Source: an uncultured Opitutales bacterium
GTDB taxonomy: Bacteria > Verrucomicrobiota > Verrucomicrobiia > Opitutales > UBA9783
Direction of reading: 5' to 3'
DNA: 23,365 nt
Assembly: GCA_964508215.1 (NCBI GenBank)
Contig: CAZDSI010000001.1
Coordinates: 6,814-30,178, forward strand
Part shown: positions 1-8,708 of the stretch, in pieces
Numbering within the stretch: the first letter of the stretch is position 1
Layout of the letters: each line of letters opens with the position of its first letter
Notes under the pieces: generated by a model
Told to the model about the DNA's origin: nothing
Database searches by the model: none
Seen by the model: only the letters and a program-made list of their open reading frames with translations
Position numbers and translations under genes: made by a program

Positions 1-518
1 TTTTTTAGCGCCGGAACAATTGTTTCATGCCAAAAAGGTAAGAAACGTTCGGCCGTGTCCTTGAGGCATTCGGTTAAGGGAATCTCTTTGCTTGAAAGTG
101 ATGCGTAGCGCTTTTCTTTGCCGGGAAATCTTGTATCTGTTTTTTCCAGGGCCGGTGGAGGAACATCGTAACTTCGTCGCCAAATATGTACTTGGTTTTC
201 GCCGAATTTTGCCGCTGTTTCCGATTTGTTTAGTCCTTGAAGTGCACCGTAATGCCTTTCGTTGAGACGCCAGCTGCGTTCTACCGGAATCCACATGAGA
301 TCCATTTCATCCAATGTAATCCAAAGCGTACGAATGGCTCTTTTTAAAACGGAAGTGTAGGCCTGGTCAAAGAAATATCCTTCTTTTTTCAACAACCGAC
401 CGGCTTCTTGCGCCTCCAGTTTTCCTTTTTCGGACAAATCTACATCTGTCCAACCGGTAAAACGGTTTTCTTTGTTCCATACGCTTTCACCATGCCGTAG
501 CAAAACCAAACGTTTCAT
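1..518 (-). CDS. gpmA: 2,3-bisphosphoglycerate-dependent phosphoglycerate mutase; the C-terminal end lies beyond the window edge (about 172 N-terminal codons present)
   Basis: My own minus-strand translation from the ATG at 518-516 gives [98 protein letters not shown]... The RHGES..N..NRFTGW and ERHYG motifs are the dPGM/histidine-phosphatase signature. It is absent from the ORF track because it runs off the window. The listed 25..294 ORF is an alternative frame inside this gene. Confidence 0.9.
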   Translation of the reverse strand, partial: MKRLVLLRHGESVWNKENRFTGWTDVDLSEKGKLEAQEAGRLLKKEGYFFDQAYTSVLKRAIRTLWITLDEMDLMWIPVERSWRLNERHYGALQGLNKSETAAKFGENQVHIWRRSYDVPPPALEKTDTRFPGKEKRYASLSSKEIPLTECLKDTAERFLPFWHETIVPALK

Positions 519-659
519 GACAAAGAATTAAAGCAGTTTTCGGGGGCCAATGAAAGAAAAATCTGCGTACTACTTTTGCGTAAGATGGCTGTATTGTATA
601 GAGTTCGGCAAGAAGGCTTCCTTCTAAAGAAACTACTCTGCAAAGAACTTTTAATAAAT

Positions 660-699
660 CGCAAGCGCTTTCTTTTTACGCGAAAAGAAAGGGCTTGCG
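660..699. repeat. Long intergenic hairpin or inverted repeat: 17-bp arms with one mismatch and a 6-nt loop
   Basis: cgcaagcgctttctttt (660-676), tacgcg loop, aaaagaaagggcttgcg (683-699). The arms are reverse complements except for one position. Read on the minus strand it is followed by ATTTATTAAAAG. Confidence 0.7.
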
Positions 700-723
700 G
701 AACCTCCCAACGAAAAACGAATC

Positions 724-758
724 TTTTATGTTTCGACGTATCGCGTCGAAACATAAAA
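724..758. repeat. Perfect 15-bp-arm hairpin or inverted repeat with a 5-nt loop
   Basis: ttttatgtttcgacg (724-738), tatcg loop, cgtcgaaacataaaa (744-758); exact reverse complements. It is followed immediately by a smaller hairpin, aaaatgc-gaa-gcatttt (755-771). Confidence 0.8.
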
Positions 759-780
759 TGCGAAGCATTTTGGGGTCCAG
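752..780 (+). repeat. Copy A of a short dispersed repeat; the partner is inverted at 21024..21052
   Basis: gcgaagcattttGgggtccag (760-780) matches the reverse complement of 21024-21044 (gcgaagcattttCgggtccag) at 20 of 21 positions. With the flanking cataaaat/cattaaaa the match is 26 of 29. Confidence 0.8.
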
Positions 781-868
781 GGGTTGAAGTCCCTGTGGAG
801 TTATTGTCCGAGGTTTTAAAAATATTAGATTTACATTACGCTAGGGTTTTCTAGCATGATTTTGATTT

Positions 869-1753
869 ATGTCTGTCTGGATTTTTAACCGTTATACAAA
901 ACGATTAGAAGAAGAAAAAGTTTTGCAAGAGGGGTATCTGCGGTGGTTGTATACGCATACAATCGGTAGGAGGGTTTTGGGAATACTTATTAAGCGTAAA
1001 ATTTATTCCTGTTTTTGGGGGCGATGGATGCGTTGTGGCTACACAAAACGCTATATTAAAAACTTTGTTGAAAAATATGCGATTGATACAACGGAGGTTG
1101 AATCGGATTTTTTTCACTCCTTTAATGATTTTTTTTGTCGCAAATTAAAAAAAGATGCACGTCTCTTTCCTACTGAAGAGAGATTATTGGGCTTCCCGGC
1201 CGACGGAAGGCATTTGGCGTTTCAACAGGTTCAAGATTGCAGCCGATTTTTTGTTAAAGGTGAACCTTTAAGTTTAAAAAAGCTGTTGAACTCGGAGACC
1301 CTAGCAGAACAATTTAAAGACGGGGCTATGGTTATTTCTCGTTTATGTCCTTTGGATTACCATCGTTTCCATTTTCCCGCCGATGGCATACCTTCGAGCA
1401 CCTCTAAAATAAATGGTTGCTTGTATTCGGTCAGTCCGTTGGCAATGAAGCAAAATCTGAAAAATTTTTTAGAAAACAAGCGTTTTGTTACACTTCTAGC
1501 TCATCCACGCTTGAAACAGGTTGGCCTTATTGAGGTTGGGGCGACCTGTGTTGGTTCGGTTAAACAAACGTTTAAAGCTTCATCAACGGTAAAAAAAGGT
1601 GAAGAAAAGGGGTATTTTTATTTTGGTGGGTCGACGGTTATTACTTTGTTTCAAAAGGGTGCTGTTCGGTTATGTCCAGATATTGTTGAACAGACACAAA
1701 ACGGTTACGAGACATTTGCACGTTGTGGGGACGTTATGGCCGAGGAAATTTAA
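869..1753 (+). CDS. psd: Phosphatidylserine decarboxylase proenzyme
   Basis: 294-aa ORF with RLCPLDYHRFHFPADG and the C-terminal self-cleavage motif FGGST (G-S-T pyruvoyl site). The N-terminal architecture resembles PVC/Bacteroidetes-type Psd. Confidence 0.9.
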   Translation: MSVWIFNRYTKRLEEEKVLQEGYLRWLYTHTIGRRVLGILIKRKIYSCFWGRWMRCGYTKRYIKNFVEKYAIDTTEVESDFFHSFNDFFCRKLKKDARLFPTEERLLGFPADGRHLAFQQVQDCSRFFVKGEPLSLKKLLNSETLAEQFKDGAMVISRLCPLDYHRFHFPADGIPSSTSKINGCLYSVSPLAMKQNLKNFLENKRFVTLLAHPRLKQVGLIEVGATCVGSVKQTFKASSTVKKGEEKGYFYFGGSTVITLFQKGAVRLCPDIVEQTQNGYETFARCGDVMAEEI

Positions 1754-1846
1754 CGTTGAAAAAGAAAGCGCGAAACTCCTGTTTAATTATTAAGAGCTTA
1801 AGTTAAAAGTTAAAAGCACTTGCTCCCTTTGTAAAATTATTCAATA

Positions 1847-2302
1847 ATGCCGCCAATGAATAGCGAAGTTTTAGAGGTTGAAGTAAAGGGCATTTTACCA
1901 ACGGCAAACGGTGTCGCTTTGTTCCTCGGTACCTCTAAAAAAACCTTTGTTATTTATATTGACCCTCTTATTGGTAATCAGCTGGCAATGGTTTTGAACC
2001 AAACCCATAAAGAACGACCACTCACGCACGATCTCATACGAAATTTGTTTTTAGGCTTTGGTATTGAAGTGCAGCGAGCTGTTATCGTGAATGTCAAAGA
2101 CGGAATTTTTTGGAGCCGCTTAATCTTGAAAATGGCGAATGAGATTGATCAAAAATGGGTTGAACTGGATGCGAGGCCCAGTGACGCCATCTTGCTTGCC
2201 TTTCAGGCAAAAAAACCGGTTTTTGTAACCAAGGAAGTTTTTGAATCTGTTCCGGATGTCACGGAGCTTTTAAGTAGCCTCTTAAAAGATCGTGAAGCAT
2301 GA
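1847..2302 (+). CDS. Bifunctional nuclease family protein (DUF151/BFN domain)
   Basis: 151-aa ORF. The pattern ...ERPLTHDL...LDARPSDAILLA... matches my memory of the conserved DUF151 core (RP.THDL and ARPSDAI). It overlaps the next gene by 11 nt. Confidence 0.7.
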   Translation: MPPMNSEVLEVEVKGILPTANGVALFLGTSKKTFVIYIDPLIGNQLAMVLNQTHKERPLTHDLIRNLFLGFGIEVQRAVIVNVKDGIFWSRLILKMANEIDQKWVELDARPSDAILLAFQAKKPVFVTKEVFESVPDVTELLSSLLKDREA

Positions 2303-3329
2303 GCTTGGGCTAAAGTTTCCGTGTGCGGTTTTAGCTCCCATGAAAGAGGTTACCAAGCCTCCTTTTTGGTCTATTTTAGAAGAATACGGAGCCCCCGATG
2401 CTTATTTTTCGCAGTTTATAAGAATCCATCCGAATTACCTTATTTCAGAGAGAGAATTGAAACCGTTGCTTGCTTTTAAAAAGGTTTTTTTTCAGCTTTT
2501 GGGTAACGACCTCGAGGCTTTAAAGCGAAATATCGATGTTTTATTAAATCATGGGGGGAAATATATCGATTTTAATCTTGGTTGCCCGGTACCTAAAATC
2601 GAAAAGAAGGCGGTCGGAGGTGGATTGCTAAAAACCCCGGATCGAATTGAAATTTTATTAAAGAGCTTAAGGCAAATGATCCCTGTAACTTTTAGTGTAA
2701 AAATACGCTTGGGCTTTGAAAATCCGGATTGTTTTTTGAGAATTATCGACATTTGTAACGAATCTGAAGTTGATTTACTCACTGTTCATGCGCGAACGGT
2801 TCGCGATCTCTATCGTGCTGCGCCACGTTATGAATTTATTACCGAAGCGGTAAAAAATAGTCGGTGCCCTGTTTTAGCCAATGGCGATTTGCATTCTATT
2901 CATCAAAGTTTAAACGTTTTAACCCTAACAAAATGTAAGGGTGTTATGATCGGTCGTGCGGCCATTCGTAATCCATGGATCTTTAATCAATGGCAATCGC
3001 ATATGCTCGGTGAAGACTTTTTTTGCCCGAAATTGAGTCATGTTTTGGGTTATTTCGAGAAGATATACGAACGGTTTGAGCTGCAGAACATTTCAGAAAA
3101 ATCGGCGTTGGGGGTTTTGAAACGTTTTGCGAATTATGTTGGTCAGAGTGTCGATTCTTCTGGAAGTTTTTTACAATCGATTCGCCGGACTCAAACTTTG
3201 AGGGAATTTTGGAGTACGTCTGAATTGTTTCTGACAAAAGGTAGTTCAGCTGAGCAAGTTTTAGCCTTAGAGCCTTTCCCTAATATTTTTGCCGACATCA
3301 ATAAAGAGCGACCTGTGATTAAAAACTAG
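2292..3329 (+). CDS. tRNA-dihydrouridine synthase (Dus family, TIM-barrel flavoenzyme)
   Basis: 345-aa ORF with LAPM near the N-terminus, NLGCPVPKIEKKAVGGGLL (catalytic Cys motif), HARTVRD, ANGD and GVMIGRAAIRNPWIF. The GTG start at 2292 is required to retain the conserved LAPM segment. Confidence 0.85.
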   Translation: MKHELGLKFPCAVLAPMKEVTKPPFWSILEEYGAPDAYFSQFIRIHPNYLISERELKPLLAFKKVFFQLLGNDLEALKRNIDVLLNHGGKYIDFNLGCPVPKIEKKAVGGGLLKTPDRIEILLKSLRQMIPVTFSVKIRLGFENPDCFLRIIDICNESEVDLLTVHARTVRDLYRAAPRYEFITEAVKNSRCPVLANGDLHSIHQSLNVLTLTKCKGVMIGRAAIRNPWIFNQWQSHMLGEDFFCPKLSHVLGYFEKIYERFELQNISEKSALGVLKRFANYVGQSVDSSGSFLQSIRRTQTLREFWSTSELFLTKGSSAEQVLALEPFPNIFADINKERPVIKN

Positions 3330-3385
3330 GATTACACGGTATTTTCACAAAATAGGAATCTGTTTTCGGATCAATCAACGGCCGA

Positions 3386-3412
3386 GCTTTGTGACTCAAG
3401 AGCAGTTTTTTT
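3386..3412 (+). terminator. Candidate intrinsic terminator after dus
   Basis: gctttg-tgact-caagagc stem (6 bp with one bulge) followed by a 7-T run (3406-3412). The stem is weak. Confidence 0.4.
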
Positions 3413-3426
3413 GAATTAGCGATGTC

Positions 3427-4620
3427 TTAGACGTTTAACCATTTTGTAAAGCGGCTCCACAGCGAATGGGAGGATGCTGCCTTCGTCTCAAAGGGTTGTA
3501 GCGCGTAATGTAGTAGGCCAAGGCAGGTGCTGTACGTTGGGGATTGTAAAGGGGTGTCTACTTTGTACAATGGCTTACGTTTGCAAATATCTGTTTGTAA
3601 AATTTTTCCGGCAACTTGTTCGATATTTTTTAATTCGGAACATCCCCCAGTCAAAATCGTAAGCGGTGGAACGATGTCGGTTCCTATCTTTTGCCAGAGT
3701 CCATATATGCTTTCAAAAAGTTCTTCGGCTCGAGCTTCGAGAATGATTTTAAGTGTTTTTCGCTTCAACATCTTGTCGCCGATGGAAGCATTACCGATGG
3801 CCCAAAATTTTTCCTCAAGGTAAGCTTCGTCACCTTCGGGAATTCCTTCTTTCCGCTTTAAATTTTCTGCGTCTTCAAAATGTAAGTGTAGCCCTGAGCA
3901 AATATCGTGAGTAAAGTGCATTCCTCCGATAGGGATGCTACCACTTAATACCACTTTATTTCTTTTGTATACGATGTAGTCTGTTGTTTCGGCTCCAATA
4001 TCGAGTACACACACACCGTTTTCTTTTTCCGATGGCATTGCGACAACAGAGCTTGAAGCCAGCCCAGAAAAAATAAGTTCTTTTACCTTACATCCGGTTT
4101 GGTTTACCAAGTATATGGAATCTTTTATTGCATCGGAACGACCAAAAAGAGAACAATATTCAACCGTCAAATTTTTTCCTTCTTTGTCAAACGGTTGTTC
4201 ACAAAGGTTATCGTCGATGCGAAAGTTTTGGAAAAAATGATGTATGTAGAGCTCTTCAGGAAGAAGATGCTTGTTCTTAGCCTCTTTTTGTACGTATTGG
4301 ATATCTTCCTCTGTAACACGGTTATTAGCCGATGAAATTGTTCGCGTTGACGAATGTTCAAATGAACGAAGGTGTTTACCGGATTGGGCTAGTAAAATAT
4401 CTTCAATAGGATATTTTACAATGGCCAATGCCTTTCCATAACATTCCTTAAGCGCAGCGCTAGCCTGTTTTAAATCGGTAACAATACCTTTGCGGATTCC
4501 CTTCGAAGGCACTTCGAATGGCCCAAATATGGAAACAGTACTTTGTTTGGATACAAAGCCTATAAGTAAACAGATCTTGGATGATCCGAGTTCTAGGGCT
4601 CCAAAAATTCGAGGTTTCAT
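3427..4620 (-). CDS. ftsA: Cell division protein FtsA (actin-like ATPase)
   Basis: 397-aa ORF directly after ftsQ. Matches to E. coli FtsA include GLASS..V, GVCVLDIGAETTDY, LTGGCSEL and YSTCLGLLHYA. The C-terminal SLWSRFTKWLNV looks like the amphipathic membrane-targeting helix. Confidence 0.92.
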   Translation of the reverse strand: MKPRIFGALELGSSKICLLIGFVSKQSTVSIFGPFEVPSKGIRKGIVTDLKQASAALKECYGKALAIVKYPIEDILLAQSGKHLRSFEHSSTRTISSANNRVTEEDIQYVQKEAKNKHLLPEELYIHHFFQNFRIDDNLCEQPFDKEGKNLTVEYCSLFGRSDAIKDSIYLVNQTGCKVKELIFSGLASSSVVAMPSEKENGVCVLDIGAETTDYIVYKRNKVVLSGSIPIGGMHFTHDICSGLHLHFEDAENLKRKEGIPEGDEAYLEEKFWAIGNASIGDKMLKRKTLKIILEARAEELFESIYGLWQKIGTDIVPPLTILTGGCSELKNIEQVAGKILQTDICKRKPLYKVDTPLQSPTYSTCLGLLHYALQPFETKAASSHSLWSRFTKWLNV

Positions 4621-4679
4621 GGATTCAGGGCCTAAAGATTTGTATTAACCATACGCATAAGGAAGCTGTTATCAAGTTT

Positions 4680-5549
4680 TTAACGCCGTTTTAGAATTTG
4701 GTTAAATTGGAGGACCGGGTTCTTGAGCGATAGGTCAATGGATTTTAAATCTTTCCATTCTTCTGGGCTTAAACGAGAAGCAATAGAGTTGAATTTTAAA
4801 ATTTGTTCTTTTGGGGTTTTTAGGGAAAATTTCATTTGTTTCTTTTCGGTCGTGACGATGCTTACGCTACACCATGGTGCCGATGAGTTATCAAGCTTTG
4901 TTAATGAAATACAGTCAATTTGGTTAAAGAATTTAGGAGAATTTTTTTGTATTTCGTTTAATAACGCCGAGATTTTTTTAAAATTTGAGATGGGTTGCCA
5001 ACGGTGATTGTGAAGTTTTAGAGGGTACCCTACAATCCAAGGGAAAGGTTTGATTGTTTCTTTTGAGTAGCCATAAGGTTCAAAAATTTGTCCTTCGGCG
5101 GAAACAAGGAGAACTTTTTTTTGCCCTTTTTGTTGCACACAGATTTTGCTAATGGGCTTATATTCGCTGATACGAATTTGTATGGCGTTCGGAAATTTAC
5201 GTTTGATTTGTGCCGACTTGATTTGCGCGTAGCTTTCTAAGTTTTTTTTGTAACGATGGATATCGATTTTCATCAAATCCATGTTCATTTTTAAGGGATA
5301 GCGTTGAAAAACCCATTTTGCCGATAAAGTACCATCGCTTTGAAAGTAAACCTTTTTTAAAGGTTGTGGCGGCTTTTGAAGTTGAGGAAAATATCTTTTA
5401 CGTGTTTGCCAGATTGCTCCAATTGCAAGAGCGACAACAACAGCTGTAACAACAAACTTTAGAATACCCCGGCCGGTTACCACGCGTGCTGGGAGTTTTT
5501 GGTTAATGTTTTGCCATGAGCAGGTTTCGTTTTTAGCCATGTGTCGCAA
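4680..5549 (-). CDS. ftsQ: Cell division protein FtsQ/DivIB (bitopic, POTRA-containing)
   Basis: 289-aa ORF between ddl and ftsA. It has a short cytoplasmic N-terminus, one TM segment (ILKFVVTAVVVALAIGAIW) and a periplasmic domain of typical size. The call rests mainly on position and architecture. The start could be 5549 or 5540. Confidence 0.7.
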   Translation of the reverse strand: MRHMAKNETCSWQNINQKLPARVVTGRGILKFVVTAVVVALAIGAIWQTRKRYFPQLQKPPQPLKKVYFQSDGTLSAKWVFQRYPLKMNMDLMKIDIHRYKKNLESYAQIKSAQIKRKFPNAIQIRISEYKPISKICVQQKGQKKVLLVSAEGQIFEPYGYSKETIKPFPWIVGYPLKLHNHRWQPISNFKKISALLNEIQKNSPKFFNQIDCISLTKLDNSSAPWCSVSIVTTEKKQMKFSLKTPKEQILKFNSIASRLSPEEWKDLKSIDLSLKNPVLQFNQILKRR

Positions 5550-6486
5550 ACACGGGTAGAAGCGTTTGTTGCTGAGTCGCCTCTAAGATAATAAAACGCT
5601 TTATACGCAGAACTTCTTCAAAAGAGTAGCCTTCGCAGGACGCACTTTTAGGAAATAAACTTAGCGCGGTCATTCCCGGTATGGTGTTCATTTCCAAAAA
5701 CCATGCTTGATCGTCTTGATCAAGTATAAAATCTGCACGCGCGAAATCTATGCAATTTGCTTTATCAAAAACAATTTCGGCAGCCTTGCGTATTGTTTTC
5801 TCAACGTTGGCCGAAATTTTTGCAGGATAAAGGTACTCAGATGCGGCCGGGGTATATTTATTATGGTAATCGTAAAATCCGAGTTTGGGTACAATTTCAA
5901 CCACGCCCATACCTTTTCCATTGAGCACTCCAATGGTTAATTCCCGGCCCTTGATGTACGGTTCAAGCATCCATTCACCTTCGGTAATTTGGCTCCAAGC
6001 TGATTTTAGTTCGTTGCTTGAATGTACAATTTTTACGCCAATACTGCTTCCTTTATCCGTTGGTTTAAGAACGAGAGATTTACCAAGGGTGGATTCAATG
6101 GTCGATAAGGAGAGTGGAGTTTGGGCTTTAAAGTGTAGTGTTGGTAATGTTTTTACATTTCCTTTTTGGGCTATCTGTTTTGTTTTGACCTTGTTGATGC
6201 AGTTTGCGCTCGATACGGATCCACTACCCACAAATGCGAATCCCCTTTCTTCAAGGATAGCTTGTAAGCGGCCATCTTCACCAAAATCTCCATGAATAAG
6301 CGGAAATACAACACCCATTTCAGGGACTAAAGTGCTGGGGACTTGGTTTTCATCGAGGCATATAGGAATAACCCTAAAATTTTTTTCCAGATTTTCGATG
6401 GTAGGTATTGCGGAACGTAAAGAGACTTCCCTTTCGCCACTTTGTCCGCCGTAGAGCACGATTACCGTTTCGGTGTCAAATTTCAT
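5533..6486 (-). CDS. ddl: D-alanine--D-alanine ligase
   Basis: MKFDTETVIVLYGGQSGEREVSLRS..., ATP-grasp body, ...FLEMNTIPGMT. I prefer the ATG at 6486 because it forms an ATGA overlap with the murC::murB stop (6483-6485). The ORF track's alternative start is 6501. Confidence 0.9.
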   Translation of the reverse strand: MKFDTETVIVLYGGQSGEREVSLRSAIPTIENLEKNFRVIPICLDENQVPSTLVPEMGVVFPLIHGDFGEDGRLQAILEERGFAFVGSGSVSSANCINKVKTKQIAQKGNVKTLPTLHFKAQTPLSLSTIESTLGKSLVLKPTDKGSSIGVKIVHSSNELKSAWSQITEGEWMLEPYIKGRELTIGVLNGKGMGVVEIVPKLGFYDYHNKYTPAASEYLYPAKISANVEKTIRKAAEIVFDKANCIDFARADFILDQDDQAWFLEMNTIPGMTALSLFPKSASCEGYSFEEVLRIKRFIILEATQQQTLLPVFATHG

Positions 6487-8690
6487 AAAAAATCTTCCCA
6501 TTTTTGCCCCAACAGTCGAACCTCGGGTTCTAGAATGATTCCGGTTCGTTGCTTTACCTGTTTTTGGATAAAGCGCACTAATTGAATCACATTTTGGAAA
6601 CTTGCATTTCCATCATTGAGGATAAAATTCGCATGCTTTTCAGAAACATAAGCCCCCCCGATACGCCTTCCCTTGAGACCTAACTTATCCAGTAATTTGC
6701 CTGTCGGTTCGTCAAGGGTATTTTTAAAAAAACATCCTAATGATAAACCAAGGGGTTGATTCTCGAGACGTTTTTTACGGCCGTTATCTCGTTTGGCTTT
6801 GATGATAGCTTCGTTGCACTTTTTTCCCTGGAATATAGCTTTAACGGCAATAGCGTTATCCAGTGTTGGGCACTTTCGATAGGAATATTGGATCTTGTCC
6901 TTGTTTAATGTTTCGCATGTGCCCGCGTCGGTCACAATAGTTAATGTGAGTAAATTATCAAATAGGCTTTCCTTGCCAGTACCCGCATTCATTTTAAGGG
7001 CACCACCCAATGTACCTGGTATACCTTCGAGAAATTCGAAACCACCAATACCATTTTTTTCTAAACTATCCATCAATCTTTTTAGCGTCACTCCACAGCC
7101 TACTTCAAAACTGTTATCAGATAAATAGTTTATTTGCTGCCAGTAAGAGGATTTACATTGAATAACCATACCGTTGAAGGTCTTTTCAGGTATAAGAAGA
7201 TTGGAACCGTTTCCGAGGACGAACCAGGGTAATTTTAGGGTGTGAAGAGTGCGAAGTAAAGTTAATAATTCGTCCAGGGCTTCGGGCTTAGCAAAAAAGA
7301 GTGCATCTCCACCGATTTTAAAGGTTGATAATGTTCTCAGTGAAATATTGCGTTGGAGACTTTTAGTAGCTTTTGATAAAATTGAAAACCATTCTTCCTT
7401 AAGTCGCGAAAGCCAGTTTTTACTCCATTTATCAATAATGCCGGCGCCTAAAAAATGTATGGAAACCGGAACCGTTTCCTTTTCAAAGCACTTACGAAAG
7501 TTTGAAAGTTCTAAAAACTCAGTTCCCTCCACATTTGTTAAGCCTTTTGCAATTTCCTGCGACGAGATGTTTGTTTCATTCGATTCGGACGCACTATAAA
7601 TAGGAAAGAGTAAAGATTTATCGGCCTTCGATAAGACATTTGCAAATTTGTCGGCAAAGGTTTTTGTTCGTGAATAGCGATGGGGTTCGAAAACAACCCA
7701 ATGCTTATGGCCCGGTGAAATGTTTTTCGCAAAGCGTAAATAGGTCGCTAATTCCGTTGGATGATGAGCATAATCGGTTGTAACGGACAGAAAATCGTTT
7801 TTAAAAAGACATTCTTGGCGTCGTTTTATTCCGGGGAAAGTAAAAAACACATCGGTATCGGGCAGTTTTTCGGTCAGGGTAAAACTCGCCGCTAGAGCAC
7901 CAAGGACGTTATCGAGAGAAAAGACGGCGTTCGCCGGGTACGTTGCGTTTGGAAACTTACCTTGGATTTGTAGATCGTTTTCGATTAGTTGACCGTCAAA
8001 TATACCCTTTGGGCCAAAAGTGTAGACTGTTTTTAAATTTGGAAAACTTTCTTTCCATTTTAGCGCCTGTGATAGGAACAATCCTGTTTTGGTCTGCTTA
8101 CAAAGTTGTTTAAGCGCATTGGCGTACGCTTCGGCTGTTTTGTAGAATGCGGGATGATCCCAATCGTCATTTAGAACAATGAGATATTCGGGATAAAAGT
8201 TTAAAAGTGTTCCATCGCTTTCGTCAATTTCGGCAATAACCCATTCTGAGTTTTTATCGTGGTCAGCTGGTAGGTACTGCGATTGAAATAGGCCACCGAG
8301 GAGGTAGTCGCATGGGAAATTTTGCGATTTGAGGAAATGAATAAGCCATGCCGTAGTGGAAGTTTTGCCGTGGCTTCCAACAATGCCAATTAGTTTTTTG
8401 TCTTTTAAAATTTGTGCAAGATAAACACCGCGTTGAAAGGTTGAGAGCGCTCGCTTTTTGCTCGCTTGTCGAAGCGGGTGTGTTGCTGAGATAGCCGAAG
8501 AATAAACAACGGTTTGGCATTCGGGTGGTATTTCCGATGAGAGGGTAATCTTCCCGGCAAACCATTCGCACACGTTTTCGGGCAACGGTTGGTCATCCCA
8601 ACCGTACACCCTGAATCCACATTTGTAAAGGTAGAGTGCTAAAGGGGTCATCCCCATGCCTCCAATCCCAATTAAGAAAATAGACTGCAT
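6483..8690 (-). CDS. murC: Fusion protein: UDP-N-acetylmuramate--L-alanine ligase (MurC, about aa 1-440) joined to UDP-N-acetylenolpyruvoylglucosamine reductase (MurB, about aa 445-735)
   Basis: A single uninterrupted 735-aa ORF. The N-terminus has IGIGGMGMTPLA and the Mur-ligase P-loop GIVGSHGKTSTTAW. The C-terminus has the MurB FAD-binding region (LSTFKIGGDA...VLGNGSNLL), GCFFKN, GGAYVSEKHANFILN and ILEPEV. Confidence 0.9.
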   Translation of the reverse strand: MQSIFLIGIGGMGMTPLALYLYKCGFRVYGWDDQPLPENVCEWFAGKITLSSEIPPECQTVVYSSAISATHPLRQASKKRALSTFQRGVYLAQILKDKKLIGIVGSHGKTSTTAWLIHFLKSQNFPCDYLLGGLFQSQYLPADHDKNSEWVIAEIDESDGTLLNFYPEYLIVLNDDWDHPAFYKTAEAYANALKQLCKQTKTGLFLSQALKWKESFPNLKTVYTFGPKGIFDGQLIENDLQIQGKFPNATYPANAVFSLDNVLGALAASFTLTEKLPDTDVFFTFPGIKRRQECLFKNDFLSVTTDYAHHPTELATYLRFAKNISPGHKHWVVFEPHRYSRTKTFADKFANVLSKADKSLLFPIYSASESNETNISSQEIAKGLTNVEGTEFLELSNFRKCFEKETVPVSIHFLGAGIIDKWSKNWLSRLKEEWFSILSKATKSLQRNISLRTLSTFKIGGDALFFAKPEALDELLTLLRTLHTLKLPWFVLGNGSNLLIPEKTFNGMVIQCKSSYWQQINYLSDNSFEVGCGVTLKRLMDSLEKNGIGGFEFLEGIPGTLGGALKMNAGTGKESLFDNLLTLTIVTDAGTCETLNKDKIQYSYRKCPTLDNAIAVKAIFQGKKCNEAIIKAKRDNGRKKRLENQPLGLSLGCFFKNTLDEPTGKLLDKLGLKGRRIGGAYVSEKHANFILNDGNASFQNVIQLVRFIQKQVKQRTGIILEPEVRLLGQKWEDFL

Positions 8691-8708
8691 TGGTATTTTC
8701 GGGTAAAA

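Noticed and set aside
25-294. 89-aa minus-strand ORF at the left edge
   Set aside because: It is an Arg/Lys-rich alternative frame inside the clearly recognisable gpmA reading frame (1..518, minus).
515-854. Two overlapping ORFs (515..754 minus, 576..854 plus) in the gpmA-psd spacer
   Set aside because: Both read through long palindromes and are highly basic and low-complexity. Neither has an SD or any recognisable domain. I treat the region as non-coding and structured.
519-868. Possible tmRNA, RNase P RNA, SRP RNA or 6S RNA in the long spacer
   Set aside because: gggGTTGAAGTCCctg superficially resembles a T-arm or the RNase P GGAAAGTCC box. There is no matching acceptor stem or CCA and no tag reading frame. 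There is no SRP GGAAGCAGCC motif, and the position relative to psd is wrong for a full-length RNase P RNA. An Rfam scan is still worthwhile.
6895-8620. Several 60-116-aa ORFs on both strands inside murC::murB (for example 7249..7599, 8263..8571, 8405..8620)
   Set aside because: All are nested in or antisense to a strongly supported 735-aa coding frame and lack motifs of their own.
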